The notes beneath the pieces are model-generated. The model worked only from the letters and a program-made list of their open reading frames with translations. It searched no databases and was not told where the DNA came from. A DNA stretch of 64,000 nt. Source: Patescibacteria group bacterium. GTDB taxonomy: Bacteria; Patescibacteriota; Microgenomatia; UBA8517. The stretch's first letter is position 1, and each line of letters opens with the position of its first letter. The position numbers and the translations under genes are program-made. Shown here piece after piece: positions 47,066 through 57,029 of the stretch. The DNA is taken from the NCBI GenBank assembly GCA_041742135.1, contig JBGSJG010000005.1, forward strand, positions 5,878-69,877, written 5' to 3'.

Positions 47066-48686
47066 CACAAAATTAGTTTGGCTTTTAATCATTATCGGAA
47101 TCGGTGCGTTCCTTCGCTTTTACAAGCTTTCTGAAATTCCATCAGGTGTTTACGTTGACGAAGCGGCGATTGGCTACAACGCCTATTCAATCTTAGAAAC
47201 TGGAAGAGACGAATTTGGTTTTTCGTTTCCTGTATTTTTGCGCTCGTTTGGAGCTTTTTCGTCACCACTTTACGTTTACTTGTCGATTCCACTAATTAAA
47301 CTATTTGGGCTTTCTGAGTTTTCTATAAGATTTCTATCAGCACTGTCGGGGACGCTCACAATTCCAATAATTTATTTAATCCTCCAAAGATTTCTTAAAA
47401 AAAGGTCTGAGCAATCTGTTTTACTTGGTACGCTAGTGTTTGCGATTTCACCTTGGCATATCTTTTTCAGCCGCGGTGCTTTTGAAGCCAATCTTGGCCT
47501 ACTTATTTTATCGCTTGCGATTTTGGCGTTTCTTTCAACTAGGCGAAATAAAAAATACTATTTGATTGGAGTTTTTCTTTTGGCGATCTCGACTTATGCC
47601 TACCATTCACTTCGACTTGTGCCAGCGGTGTTTCTTCCAGTTTATTCACTATTTTTGGTTAAGAACAAATATATTTCTATAAAGGATGTCGCCGTGGCAG
47701 TTGGAATTTTTGTGATAGTTTTAATGCCTCAAATAGCAATCATGACTACTCCTGCGTTTTCCTCTCGTGCAAGTGGACTTCTATATCTGGACATTGTCAG
47801 CTCTCAGTCAGGAAAGCTTGGATTATTGCCAGAAGTGGTAGCTTTTCCACTGGCTTTTGCTCGTGAATTTTTTGCTCAATTTATTTCATATGTGAATCCA
47901 AAAAATATTTTCTTTTTAGGGGACTCTGATCTTCAGCGAAGTATCCCCACGATGGGGCTTTATTATTCTTGGCTTTTGCCTTTTTGGTTTTTTGGTTTAA
48001 GAAAAAACTTTCTTCTTGTTTTGATGTTAGTTAGTTTTATCGTTCCGGCGGCACTTGCCCGCGATCCTTTTTCGTCTCTCCGTGCTCTGTCTTTAATTAT
48101 TCCATTTAGCATTATGATTGCTTTTGGATTTGAGTACTTTATAAGTAAAGTTGGGCATAAAATTGTTACTGGCGGAGTGATACTTTTTTCGCTGGCGTCG
48201 ATGCTATTTTTGTGGCGAGCTTACTTTGTCCTTTTTGCTCACGAACGAGCGGCTATCTGGAACTATGGCTATTCGGAGTTGGCAGAGGAAATTAAATCAC
48301 GAGATGAACATTTCGTGATTGATACCAGCCGGATAAAGCCGCCGCATATTCTGTTGGCTTTTTATCTTAGGAATCCACCTAAAGATTATCAGGAATTTGC
48401 CAAGACAAAAATTAAAGCAGGGTACTATGAGGATCTCGATTTTGATACTTATTACAAGCTTCGCAATTTCGAGACTCGGTTAATCAATTGGGAAGAAGAC
48501 GTATACCGTGAACAAATTCTTGTAGGAGACAGTCTGTCGATTTCAAGCGAACAAGCGGCCGAGCACTTTTTGGATAAAGTTTTTGAAATCAAGGGCCCCT
48601 TAAATGAGATTATTTTTGTGGGTTTTAAAACCAATCCAGAGGAGAAGTGCAAGAGTGTTAAATTTCTAAACAAGAACTGTAAATAG
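47052..48686 (+). CDS. GT-C glycosyltransferase, family 39/83 (ArnT / protein O-mannosyltransferase-like)
   Basis: AFLRFYKLSEIPSGVYVDEAAIGYNAYSILETGRDEFG is the canonical ArnT/PMT first-loop DE motif. 11+ TM helices and a C-terminal soluble domain. Confidence 0.75.
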   Translation: MKLRNTKLVWLLIIIGIGAFLRFYKLSEIPSGVYVDEAAIGYNAYSILETGRDEFGFSFPVFLRSFGAFSSPLYVYLSIPLIKLFGLSEFSIRFLSALSGTLTIPIIYLILQRFLKKRSEQSVLLGTLVFAISPWHIFFSRGAFEANLGLLILSLAILAFLSTRRNKKYYLIGVFLLAISTYAYHSLRLVPAVFLPVYSLFLVKNKYISIKDVAVAVGIFVIVLMPQIAIMTTPAFSSRASGLLYLDIVSSQSGKLGLLPEVVAFPLAFAREFFAQFISYVNPKNIFFLGDSDLQRSIPTMGLYYSWLLPFWFFGLRKNFLLVLMLVSFIVPAALARDPFSSLRALSLIIPFSIMIAFGFEYFISKVGHKIVTGGVILFSLASMLFLWRAYFVLFAHERAAIWNYGYSELAEEIKSRDEHFVIDTSRIKPPHILLAFYLRNPPKDYQEFAKTKIKAGYYEDLDFDTYYKLRNFETRLINWEEDVYREQILVGDSLSISSEQAAEHFLDKVFEIKGPLNEIIFVGFKTNPEEKCKSVKFLNKNCK

Positions 48687-48697
48687 TATAGTTACAT

Positions 48698-49276
48698 ATG
48701 ACTGGGAGAACTCATGATGCCATTGCTTTTGCTTCCTTAATCACTGTTGCAGTAATTAATCCTCCGGGTAGCATAAACATCGCGACAGCCACCGCTGCGA
48801 TAGTTGGGAACATTGTAGGAGCTACGCTGCCTGATTTGGATCAATCCACAAACAGACTTTGGGACTTACTCCCCGGTCGGGATTTTGTGGGCAAGCTTAT
48901 GCGCCCCTTGTTTTTGGGTCACAGAAACTTAACTCACTCTTTGGTTGGAGTGTTTTTGATCTATAAAATTTTAGAGTTTCTGCTTCCTAGAATCTTAAAT
49001 CCAAGCTACGTTAATAGCCAAATCGTATTTGCGGCAATGATGATTGGCTATATTTCTCACCTTGTGGGCGACGCTTTAACGAAGGAGGGTTTGCCACTTT
49101 TGTTTCCATCACCCTTGCGCTTTGGTTTTCCTCCGATTTCTGCAATGCGAATTACCACCGGCAAATGGATTGAAAATATTGTGATCCTTCCCGGTACGGC
49201 AGCGTATATTTTTTGGTTTATTGGGGCTAACCACACAAGCTTCGTAAGTCTTCTTAAAATCATAGCGGAAAGCTAG
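48698..49276 (+). CDS. membrane-bound metal-dependent hydrolase (DUF457, YdjM-like)
   Basis: His-containing TM protein (THDAIAFASL ... HSLVG ... SHLVGDALTKEG) characteristic of DUF457. Confidence 0.55.
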   Translation: MTGRTHDAIAFASLITVAVINPPGSINIATATAAIVGNIVGATLPDLDQSTNRLWDLLPGRDFVGKLMRPLFLGHRNLTHSLVGVFLIYKILEFLLPRILNPSYVNSQIVFAAMMIGYISHLVGDALTKEGLPLLFPSPLRFGFPPISAMRITTGKWIENIVILPGTAAYIFWFIGANHTSFVSLLKIIAES

Positions 49277-49293
49277 CCGTGTTAATATGAAGT

Positions 49294-51741
49294 ATGGACT
49301 TTTTGACTTGGCATTTTAGTGATGGGCTTCGCTTTTATGCGAGTAGATACGTCTATAGCGTTCGAAGTGTTATCCATTATTTTTCACTCACAGTTTTATT
49401 GACATCACTCTTTGCACCATGGAAACGCTTGAGTGTCCGCGAGCGCGCTCCCGGGTTTAACATAAACACCTATTTCACAAACCTAAGCTTTAATTTAGTT
49501 TCACGCTTTATCGGCGCAATTGTGAGAATTGTGTTGTTTATCGCCGGTATCATAGTTCTTGTGCTCTTGGCCTTGTTTGGGGCAATTGGTTTTGTTGTTT
49601 GGTCAGTTTTTCCGTTGTTTTCAGTAGGAGTTTACATGCGCTATGTTAATAATCCCAGATTTATAGCTTCCACTCTTTGGAAGCGAATGAAAAACGGCAA
49701 ACCAATAGAGGAGCTAGTAAAAAGCGCTCCGGGGCAATTTTTAATTACTCACACTGGTATTTCATCTGAAAGTTTTATCTCAAGTGCCAAGCCGGTCAAA
49801 ATATCCGGGGGAGTGGAAAGTTTTGAAGATATTGTTTCGTTTTTGGTCAAAGAAGAAGTGTGGGATAACATTTATCTTCGGAGACAAAAAGCAGATACAC
49901 ATGCTTTGATCTTGGCCGCTCGCTGGTGGGACCAGAAAATGGCCAATAATTCGATTGACCTAGTTAGCTCTGGCTATGATTCTGGGGGCATTGGTCGGGA
50001 ACTGTTGTTTGGTTACACTCCGCTACTTGGCCAATACGCGACTGATATGAGTATTTCGAGTTTTTCTCATCACTTGATCGGAAGAGCTGAAATTGTTTCT
50101 CGGATGGAGAGAATGCTTACTGGGGGCAAGTCAGTAATTTTGTCGGGAAAGCCTGGGGTTGGCAAGAAGACGGTGGTTTATGAATTTGCCCACAGGGCGC
50201 GGCGTGGAGAATTTGGAACTGAGTTGGCATACAGGCGAGTTTTGGAGCTGGACTACAATTTTGTTTTCTCGGCTTCGCAAGACAAAAACAAAAAGAAGAA
50301 ACTGTTGGCTGACATTTTTGACGAAGCCGCGGCGGCCGGAAACATTATCTTGGTTCTTCGCGATTTGCACCGCATTACAAACGATGTTGTTGAAGGCTTG
50401 GACATTACCGACATTTTAGAAACGCATTTGACCAGCGGGAAGCTAAAAATTATTACGATTTCTTCGGATGAAGATTATGAAAAGTATCTAGCTCGAAGTT
50501 TGAAACTCAAGAAGTTTTTTGAAACCGTAGTTGTGACTGAGCCTACTAAAAAAGAAGCTTTGGAAATTTTGCTTGAAGCGGCCGAGACGTGGGAGAAAAC
50601 AAAGAAAATTATAATAACTACTCCTGCACTTTTGGAAATTCTTGATGGCAGTGATGAATATATAACTGATACGCCGTTTCCTGAAAAAGCCCTTGAGCTT
50701 TTGGATGCTGTTGTTTTTCTTGAAGAACAAGGCGGATTGGATAAAATTATCACTATCGATGATGCTAACGCAGCTCTGTCTGAAAAAACAGGGATTCCTT
50801 CGGCCAATATCACCAAAAGTGATAGCGAAAAATTGGCAAATTTAGAGGAAATTATTCACGAGCGGCTAGTGAACCAAGAATCTGCGGTGAACCTGATCGC
50901 AAAAATACTTCGTAGTAAAACTTTGGGGATTACAAAAAGTAGCCGCCCTATTGGTTCTTTCTTGTTCTTGGGCCCTACGGGTGTGGGCAAAACCGAAACA
51001 GCAAAGGTCTTGGCTAAAGTTTATTTTGGCTCGACTGATAAAATAATCCGCTTTGACATGGCCGAATACGTTGGCCGAGAGGGGCTTGAGCGATTAATTG
51101 GCTCGGTTGAAAAAAATAGCCCCGGAGCATTGAGTGTCGAAATTAAAAACCATCCGGCAAGTTTACTTTTATTGGATGAAATTGAAAAAGCCCCTCCTGA
51201 AGTATTTAATATTTTCTTGGCAATGCTTGACGAAGGATCGATTACCGATGCCTTTGGAAAAAAAGTGAACTGTAAAAATTTATTTATTATAGCTACAAGT
51301 AACGCCGGAGGGCAGTTTATTCGCGAGGCGGTCGGGAGAGCTGATGTAAACCTTCAACAAGAAGTCGTGGATCATGTTTTAAAAATGAATATATTTACCC
51401 CGGAATTTGTAAATCGATTTGATGGAGTAGTGGTGTATGAGCCTTTGACTCGCGAACATCTAGTAAAAGTTGCCAGGCTCCTTTTGCTTGATCTTTCGGC
51501 CAATATGGAAAGTAAAAATATCGCCGTTAACTTTAGCGATGAAGCAGTTGAAAAGCTTGCAGAGGACGGATTTGAGCCGGAGTTTGGCGCACGGCCAATG
51601 CGCCGAATTATCGAGCTTTCAATTGGGGATTTGTTAGGGAAAGCTCTGCTGTCTGGGCAGATTGCTGCAGGCGACTCGGTGACTGTTACCTCCGCAGAGG
51701 CAAAAGGTGAGTTTTCCTTCACAAAGAATCAATTGGTTTGA
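49294..51741 (+). CDS. membrane-anchored Hsp100/Clp-type double AAA+ ATPase (ClpC/ClpB-like)
   Basis: About 180-aa N-terminal region with 3-4 TM helices. AAA1 GKPGVGKKT, AAA2 GPTGVGKTE with LLLDEIEKA and sensor GARPMRR. No IGF/LGF ClpP-docking loop seen. Confidence 0.75.
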   Translation: MDFLTWHFSDGLRFYASRYVYSVRSVIHYFSLTVLLTSLFAPWKRLSVRERAPGFNINTYFTNLSFNLVSRFIGAIVRIVLFIAGIIVLVLLALFGAIGFVVWSVFPLFSVGVYMRYVNNPRFIASTLWKRMKNGKPIEELVKSAPGQFLITHTGISSESFISSAKPVKISGGVESFEDIVSFLVKEEVWDNIYLRRQKADTHALILAARWWDQKMANNSIDLVSSGYDSGGIGRELLFGYTPLLGQYATDMSISSFSHHLIGRAEIVSRMERMLTGGKSVILSGKPGVGKKTVVYEFAHRARRGEFGTELAYRRVLELDYNFVFSASQDKNKKKKLLADIFDEAAAAGNIILVLRDLHRITNDVVEGLDITDILETHLTSGKLKIITISSDEDYEKYLARSLKLKKFFETVVVTEPTKKEALEILLEAAETWEKTKKIIITTPALLEILDGSDEYITDTPFPEKALELLDAVVFLEEQGGLDKIITIDDANAALSEKTGIPSANITKSDSEKLANLEEIIHERLVNQESAVNLIAKILRSKTLGITKSSRPIGSFLFLGPTGVGKTETAKVLAKVYFGSTDKIIRFDMAEYVGREGLERLIGSVEKNSPGALSVEIKNHPASLLLLDEIEKAPPEVFNIFLAMLDEGSITDAFGKKVNCKNLFIIATSNAGGQFIREAVGRADVNLQQEVVDHVLKMNIFTPEFVNRFDGVVVYEPLTREHLVKVARLLLLDLSANMESKNIAVNFSDEAVEKLAEDGFEPEFGARPMRRIIELSIGDLLGKALLSGQIAAGDSVTVTSAEAKGEFSFTKNQLV

Positions 51742-52076
51742 GATGTAGTTCTTTTTTGGCTAAAATACCTATAGTGGAGAGACCAAGTGTATCGGGGTGT
51801 GAAGGCAATCCCGTAGTGCTTTATAAAGCAGAAACAACTATTTTGGGCGAGCCAATAACGTATTTTTCGTGTTTGTGTATGTGTGAGCTGGATGAAAGTG
51901 ATACTAAAATTATCTTACATCCAGAAGTGGTGGGTACCAATTCCGCACCTAGTCGGTCTCTGCCGCTCGAGGCAGTAGACACAATTGTTAACTTAGATGG
52001 TAGACGGAGGATTGTCTTTGCTTTTGCAGGTTACACGAGAGATGGAGCCAATAAAGGGAAAAACTGGGTGAAATGA
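51738..52076 (+). CDS. doubtful ORF (TTG start) between the Clp-like gene and tgt
   Basis: ORF-track entry only. Only in-frame ATG gives 57 aa; no SD. Stop overlaps the tgt ATG as ATGA. Confidence 0.2.
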   Translation: MRCSSFLAKIPIVERPSVSGCEGNPVVLYKAETTILGEPITYFSCLCMCELDESDTKIILHPEVVGTNSAPSRSLPLEAVDTIVNLDGRRRIVFAFAGYTRDGANKGKNWVK

Positions 52077-53230
52077 AATTTAAATTAGTTAAAAAAGATA
52101 AAAAAACAAAAGCCCGGGCTGGAGTGATTCACACTCCTCATGGTGATATTAAAACTCCAGCTTTTTCAGTTGTGGGAACAAAAGCTTCAGTGAAAGGGCT
52201 TGACCCGATCGACATCAAAAATGCCGGCTCTGAAGTGGTTTTGGCCAACACCTACCATCTTTATCTTCGCCCGGGCGTGGAGATCATAAAAAAATATGGA
52301 AGCATTCGAGAATTTATGAATTGGCAGGGGCCCACTATAACAGATAGTGGCGGGTACCAAGTTTCTTATCTTTGGACACGCGGAGAAGAGGTTGGTCAAA
52401 GTGTAAAAATAACTGATCACGGGGCACGCTTCCGTTCGCACATTGACGGCGCGCTTCATGAGATAACCCCTGAAAAATCGATGCAAATCCAAAAAGTACT
52501 GGGGGCGGATATTATTATGGCCTTTGATCAGCCCATCAAGCTTGCCAATTCCGTGCGAAAAAATAACGAATCACTTAGAAGAACTTTTGATTGGGAAGAA
52601 CGCAGTTTTAGGGAGTGGCAAAAGCTTCAAGAGACAGGAGATTATCAAGCATTATACGGCATAGTTCATGGAGGATTAGATAAAAAAACCAGAAAAAGTT
52701 TCTTGGATTTTGTGTTGTCTACTGGCTTTGACGGCATTGCTTTTGGGGATGAGACAATTGGCGCAGACCCGGCAATGACCAAAAAAGGGCTTGATACTGT
52801 CAGCGATTACTTGCCTGATGACAAGCCTGTTCATGCTTTGGGTCTGGGAGGTGGCCCAGAAGGAATTTTTGTCGCAGTCGAGCGGGGAGTAGATACATTT
52901 GATAACACCGGAATAACACGCATGGCTAGGTCCGGAATTTTATTTATCAACCCAGAAGATGGAGGGACTATCCAAAATAAATTTAGAATTAGCATTATTA
53001 AAAGTAAATACAGAGGGCAAACCACACCTATCTCAAAAAATTGTAACTGTTATAGCTGCAAGAATTTTTCTGCCGGGTACATGCACCACTTAACAGTGAA
53101 TGGCGAACCACTCGCCGCCAGACTTAATACTATTCATAATGTATTTTTTGTAAATTCTTTAATGAATAAAATTAGAGATTCAATAGAAAAAGGTGACTTT
53201 ACTTCACTAAAGAAAAGCTGGTTAAGCTAG
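52073..53230 (+). CDS. tgt: queuine tRNA-ribosyltransferase
   Basis: TPHGDIKTPAF, catalytic-Asp region LANTYHL ... DSGGYQ, Zn site CNCYSCKNFSAGYMHHL. Confidence 0.92.
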   Translation: MKFKLVKKDKKTKARAGVIHTPHGDIKTPAFSVVGTKASVKGLDPIDIKNAGSEVVLANTYHLYLRPGVEIIKKYGSIREFMNWQGPTITDSGGYQVSYLWTRGEEVGQSVKITDHGARFRSHIDGALHEITPEKSMQIQKVLGADIIMAFDQPIKLANSVRKNNESLRRTFDWEERSFREWQKLQETGDYQALYGIVHGGLDKKTRKSFLDFVLSTGFDGIAFGDETIGADPAMTKKGLDTVSDYLPDDKPVHALGLGGGPEGIFVAVERGVDTFDNTGITRMARSGILFINPEDGGTIQNKFRISIIKSKYRGQTTPISKNCNCYSCKNFSAGYMHHLTVNGEPLAARLNTIHNVFFVNSLMNKIRDSIEKGDFTSLKKSWLS

Positions 53231-53278
53231 CCTAAAAGTATTGACATGAAGGCAAATATATGGTTAACTTCGGGCTGA

Positions 53279-53923
53279 ATGGAAGATCAGTCAAACCAAC
53301 CGCAAGCAGTTCCACCACAACCAGAGGTTTCCTTTCCTCAGCCAAGAGATACAGAAGGAAAATCAAAAAATTTCAAAGTGATAATTGCTGTTATCGGAGT
53401 GATAGTTATAGTAGTCGTCGGTGGCTGGTTGATTTTAGGCAACAGCTCTGGTGAAGGTAGTTCTCCGACACCAGTTGCCACAGATGACGGACTATCAACT
53501 TTTCCGACCCCAGAAGTCACACAAACTCCACAACCAACCCCTAGTGCATCTGCTGCACCAGTAGATAAGAGCGAAATTAAAGTCGAGGTTTTAAACGGTA
53601 CAGGAGTTCCTGGTGAGGCAAGTTTCTTGGAAGGTGAAATGGAAGATTTGGGCTTCGAAGACATTACAGCCGGAAATGCTGACGAGCAGGATCAAACAGA
53701 AACGGTAGCAACATATTCTCGCGAATTGTCACCGGCTGTGGCCGACGAGATTACAGCGAAACTTGAAGAGTTGTATGAAAAAGTTCGCACAAGACGCGCA
53801 ACAGTTTCAGGTGGATTTGATTTATCCATCACAACGGGGCCGAGAAAAAGTGGAACTGCTAAGCCAACTGCATCTGCCAAAGCTACAGCCACCCCGTCAG
53901 CTTCTCCAGACTCGGACAATTGA
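53279..53923 (+). CDS. LytR_C (LytR/CpsA/Psr C-terminal) domain membrane protein
   Basis: TM helix then IKVEVLNGTGVPGEASFLEGEMEDLGFED, the LytR_C signature; PT-rich linkers. Confidence 0.55.
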   Translation: MEDQSNQPQAVPPQPEVSFPQPRDTEGKSKNFKVIIAVIGVIVIVVVGGWLILGNSSGEGSSPTPVATDDGLSTFPTPEVTQTPQPTPSASAAPVDKSEIKVEVLNGTGVPGEASFLEGEMEDLGFEDITAGNADEQDQTETVATYSRELSPAVADEITAKLEELYEKVRTRRATVSGGFDLSITTGPRKSGTAKPTASAKATATPSASPDSDN

Positions 53924-54630
53924 CAATAGAATCCCTTTGGGATTACAGTAAACTTGTAATGCATCTTTTACTAACTGTTTTTCTTCTTGTTGTTAGTGTT
54001 TTTATGACACCTAAGCCGGCAGGCGCTACTGATGACTACCCCCTTCGAATACAAGAAACTGAAAATGAGAGAGATCGAGTTCAGGAAGCCAAAGAGGAAG
54101 CGCTTAAAAACCGCGAGGAAGCGATGGAGAAGCTTCGGGAGCATAAGGAGGAAGCTTTAGAAAACGCGGAAACTAGACGTGAGGAATTTAGACTGAAACT
54201 TCAAGAGATTCGAGACGAGCGAAAGCAAAAAATTCTTGAGAATTTAGTTGAGAGGTTTGAAAATGTCAACACAGGCTGGACAAATCATTGGAATAATGTT
54301 TTGACACGTTTGACGGAAATACTATCTAAAGTTACAACACGAGCTGATACGCTTGAGGGCGCGGGAAAGGATGTTTCTAGTGTACGGACTGCCGTGGCTG
54401 CTGCAACTGCCGCGATTGATGCTGCGCAGACCGCAATCGATGAACAAGCAGGAAATTCTTATACAATTGAAATAGACACAGAAGCGAATTTGGGACAGAT
54501 GACAAATGAAGCAATTGGAGTATTGCATGAAGATCTACGCAAGGTTGGTGGTTTAATTGAGGAAGCGCGGACTCTAGTTCTTGCAGCAATCCGCGCACTT
54601 GGAGAGATTGGAGATTTAAATGCAGAATAA
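53920..54630 (+). CDS. hypothetical membrane-anchored coiled-coil protein
   Basis: N-terminal TM helix; E/K/R-rich heptad region (EEALKNREEAMEKLREHKEEALENAETRREEF). Confidence 0.4.
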   Translation: MTIESLWDYSKLVMHLLLTVFLLVVSVFMTPKPAGATDDYPLRIQETENERDRVQEAKEEALKNREEAMEKLREHKEEALENAETRREEFRLKLQEIRDERKQKILENLVERFENVNTGWTNHWNNVLTRLTEILSKVTTRADTLEGAGKDVSSVRTAVAAATAAIDAAQTAIDEQAGNSYTIEIDTEANLGQMTNEAIGVLHEDLRKVGGLIEEARTLVLAAIRALGEIGDLNAE

Positions 54631-54886
54631 AAAGGGTGTAACCGAATTGGTCCTCATACTTGTGGTAGTTGTCGTCCTTGGTGTGGCTGCGTTTATTGCC
54701 GTGAGATACTTTGACTTTACGGGAAGTATGAATAAAACAGTTGATACTGATATTGCCGTTGTTAGCCCTTCACCAATTTCTGATTCAACAGACGTGGATG
54801 TACTTGAGGAGGAGTTTGAGGCTACGCTAACCGGTTCAGTAGATAGCGAAATTGAGGAAATGATGGAAGAAGCGGCTTCACTTTAA
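54620..54886 (+). CDS. small membrane protein, possibly a divergent pilin-like N-terminus
   Basis: MQNKKGVTELVLILVVVVVLG resembles a class III signal, but the Glu is at +3 rather than +5. Confidence 0.3.
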   Translation: MQNKKGVTELVLILVVVVVLGVAAFIAVRYFDFTGSMNKTVDTDIAVVSPSPISDSTDVDVLEEEFEATLTGSVDSEIEEMMEEAASL

Positions 54887-54916
54887 TTTTTTTACACTGT
54901 AGTACAATAAGGCAGG

Positions 54917-55411
54917 ATGAACTTGGATACTGCCCAGCTTCAGGAGGTTCAAAATGTACCTTCAAAACTCTTTGCCACTATTGGGAATTTTAATTTGCCT
55001 GGAGGCTTTGTTTTCTCCCCAAACTACTTGCAGGCAGGGCTTATTGTTCTTTGTATTTTTCTTCTAATTTTGACATTTGGAATGCTTCAGCACAGATTTA
55101 ACCATTGGACTGTAAAAGGCATACTTCCCGGAATCGGGCTGGGTTTTTTGCTTGCGATTTTATTAGAATCTATTCTTTTAATTAGTGGCAGGACAGTCAT
55201 GACTGAAGTTGTGGGATGGAAAAATGCCCCCAAGCCAATCTCCAATGCTCTTGAGGCCTCACGCGGAAGACTGGTAGAAGTTCTAGGAGTATCAACCGTG
55301 CCCGAATCAAATGCCAACGAGAAACCAACGATCGGCGGCATCATGAGCCAGTATGAAAATTTATCCGATAACGAGCAGGAATCACTTCAGAGCCTAGTTT
55401 GCCCGAGATAA
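54917..55411 (+). CDS. hypothetical membrane protein
   Basis: 164 aa, two TM helices. Confidence 0.4.
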   Translation: MNLDTAQLQEVQNVPSKLFATIGNFNLPGGFVFSPNYLQAGLIVLCIFLLILTFGMLQHRFNHWTVKGILPGIGLGFLLAILLESILLISGRTVMTEVVGWKNAPKPISNALEASRGRLVEVLGVSTVPESNANEKPTIGGIMSQYENLSDNEQESLQSLVCPR

Positions 55412-55428
55412 TGCTATAATTTACGCTC

Positions 55429-56505
55429 ATGAATGATTTGAAAACCAGAATTACAGAGCTTGCCGAGCGCGTTGATAAATTGATCGAGTCTCTGAATTTG
55501 CCTTCCAAGCGTGAAGAAATACGTGTGCTTGAGATAGAATCTGCGGCGCCTGACCTATGGAATGACCAAGACCACGCGCGCGATCTTATGCAGAGGTTGG
55601 GTGCAGCAAAAACTGATGTTGAAACAGTAGATAACCTGTCAAATGAAATTCACGCCCTAGCTGATTTGGCTAGCGAGGGAGAGCTTGATCCTGCGCTTTC
55701 GGTGGACTTGGACAAACTTGCGAGTGAGCTACACCGCTACGAGCTGACTAATTACCTCTCAGGCAAATACGATAAGAAAAAAGCGATCATTTCGATTCAT
55801 GCGGGGCAGGGGGGGACAGAAGCGATGGATTGGACTAGTATGCTTTTTAGAATGTATTCACGCTACGCTGAGAAGCGGGAATGGAAAGTGGAAGTCTTGG
55901 ATGAAACCTTGGGAGAAGAAGCCGGCATTAAAAGCATCACTTTTAAAATTGATGGATTGTACTCTTACGGCTATTTGAAGCGCGAGTCGGGTGCACACAG
56001 GCTTGTTCGCCAGTCGCCTTTTAATGCTGACAAGTTGCGCCAGACCTCGTTTTCCTTGGTAGAAATTGTTCCCGAGCTTGAAGAGGGGGATACCCCTGAA
56101 ATTGAGATAAAAGACGTTGATTTGGATTGGCATTTTAGCCGAGCTGGTGGGCACGGCGGCCAAAATGTTAACAAAGTAAGCACAGCAGTAAGGCTTACTC
56201 ATTTGCCTACAGGCATAGTTGTGAATGCGCGAACCGAGCGTTACCAAGAGCAAAATCGAAAATATGCACTTGCAATTCTTCGTGCCAAGCTCTGGGCCTT
56301 GGAAGAGGAGCGAAAGCTTGCAGAGAAAAAAGATATCCAAGGAGATTACACTCCAGCAACTTGGGGTACTCAGATCCGCTCGTACGTTTTGCACCCCTAC
56401 AAAATGGTTAAAGATTTAAGGACAGGTGCCGAGACTTCAGCAGCAGAAGCAGTCCTTGATGGTGAGCTCGATGAGTTTATCGAAGCTCAGATGACTAAAC
56501 TCTAA
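55429..56505 (+). CDS. prfB: peptide chain release factor 2
   Basis: SPF tripeptide (QSPFNA) and GGQ (GGHGGQNVNKV). Encoded as a single uninterrupted frame with no +1 frameshift site. Confidence 0.9.
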   Translation: MNDLKTRITELAERVDKLIESLNLPSKREEIRVLEIESAAPDLWNDQDHARDLMQRLGAAKTDVETVDNLSNEIHALADLASEGELDPALSVDLDKLASELHRYELTNYLSGKYDKKKAIISIHAGQGGTEAMDWTSMLFRMYSRYAEKREWKVEVLDETLGEEAGIKSITFKIDGLYSYGYLKRESGAHRLVRQSPFNADKLRQTSFSLVEIVPELEEGDTPEIEIKDVDLDWHFSRAGGHGGQNVNKVSTAVRLTHLPTGIVVNARTERYQEQNRKYALAILRAKLWALEEERKLAEKKDIQGDYTPATWGTQIRSYVLHPYKMVKDLRTGAETSAAEAVLDGELDEFIEAQMTKL

Positions 56506-56526
56506 GGTCTATGTTATAGTGAGTGG

Positions 56527-57021
56527 ATGGAAAAAATAGAGATTCCACAAGTTCAGCCAGTAACTCCTGCGACCGCGGCCCCTTCTGTTTTGGAAACTCC
56601 AAATGTGGATGTTGTTAAAAAGTTGCCCGCGGATAATAATGCAAAGATGAAACTTTTTGGTATAGGCTTGGTGGTAGTTTTGGCCGGAGTTGCAACAGGC
56701 TATATGCTTTCGGGAGCCTCTGCGAGTAGCGGAGAGCCTACTCCAACATCAAACGTTGCCGAAGAGAAAGCTGGAGTTACTGTTGACGAAAGCGCTTTTC
56801 CAGATGTTGCCACTGGAATTTTAAACGAGGGTGGTATTGAAGGAGAGGGGACCCATTATCTCGACACGGGTTTGGGAGCTGAAAAATATGTTTATTTGCT
56901 TTCAACCGTAATTGATCTTCAGAGTTTTGTGGGTAAAAAAGTTGAGGTTAACGGCCAGACTCTAGCTGCAGAGAATGCGGGTTGGCTAATGGACGTTGGC
57001 CGTGTTAAGGTATTGGAATAA
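56527..57021 (+). CDS. hypothetical membrane-anchored protein
   Basis: 164 aa, one TM helix, C-terminal beta-rich domain. Confidence 0.4.
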   Translation: MEKIEIPQVQPVTPATAAPSVLETPNVDVVKKLPADNNAKMKLFGIGLVVVLAGVATGYMLSGASASSGEPTPTSNVAEEKAGVTVDESAFPDVATGILNEGGIEGEGTHYLDTGLGAEKYVYLLSTVIDLQSFVGKKVEVNGQTLAAENAGWLMDVGRVKVLE

Positions 57022-57029
57022 CTTGCCCT

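Noticed and set aside
51742-52072. Considered RNase P RNA, tmRNA or SRP RNA in the spacer before tgt
   Set aside because: None of the universally conserved blocks (RNase P GGAAAGTCCGGGCTCC or ACAGAACCCGGCTTA; tmRNA tag reading frame and tRNA-like 3' end; SRP domain IV) are present.
53338-53964. Minus-strand ORFs (108 and 90 aa) opposite the LytR_C gene
   Set aside because: Antisense, low-complexity frames of a plus-strand gene with a recognisable domain.
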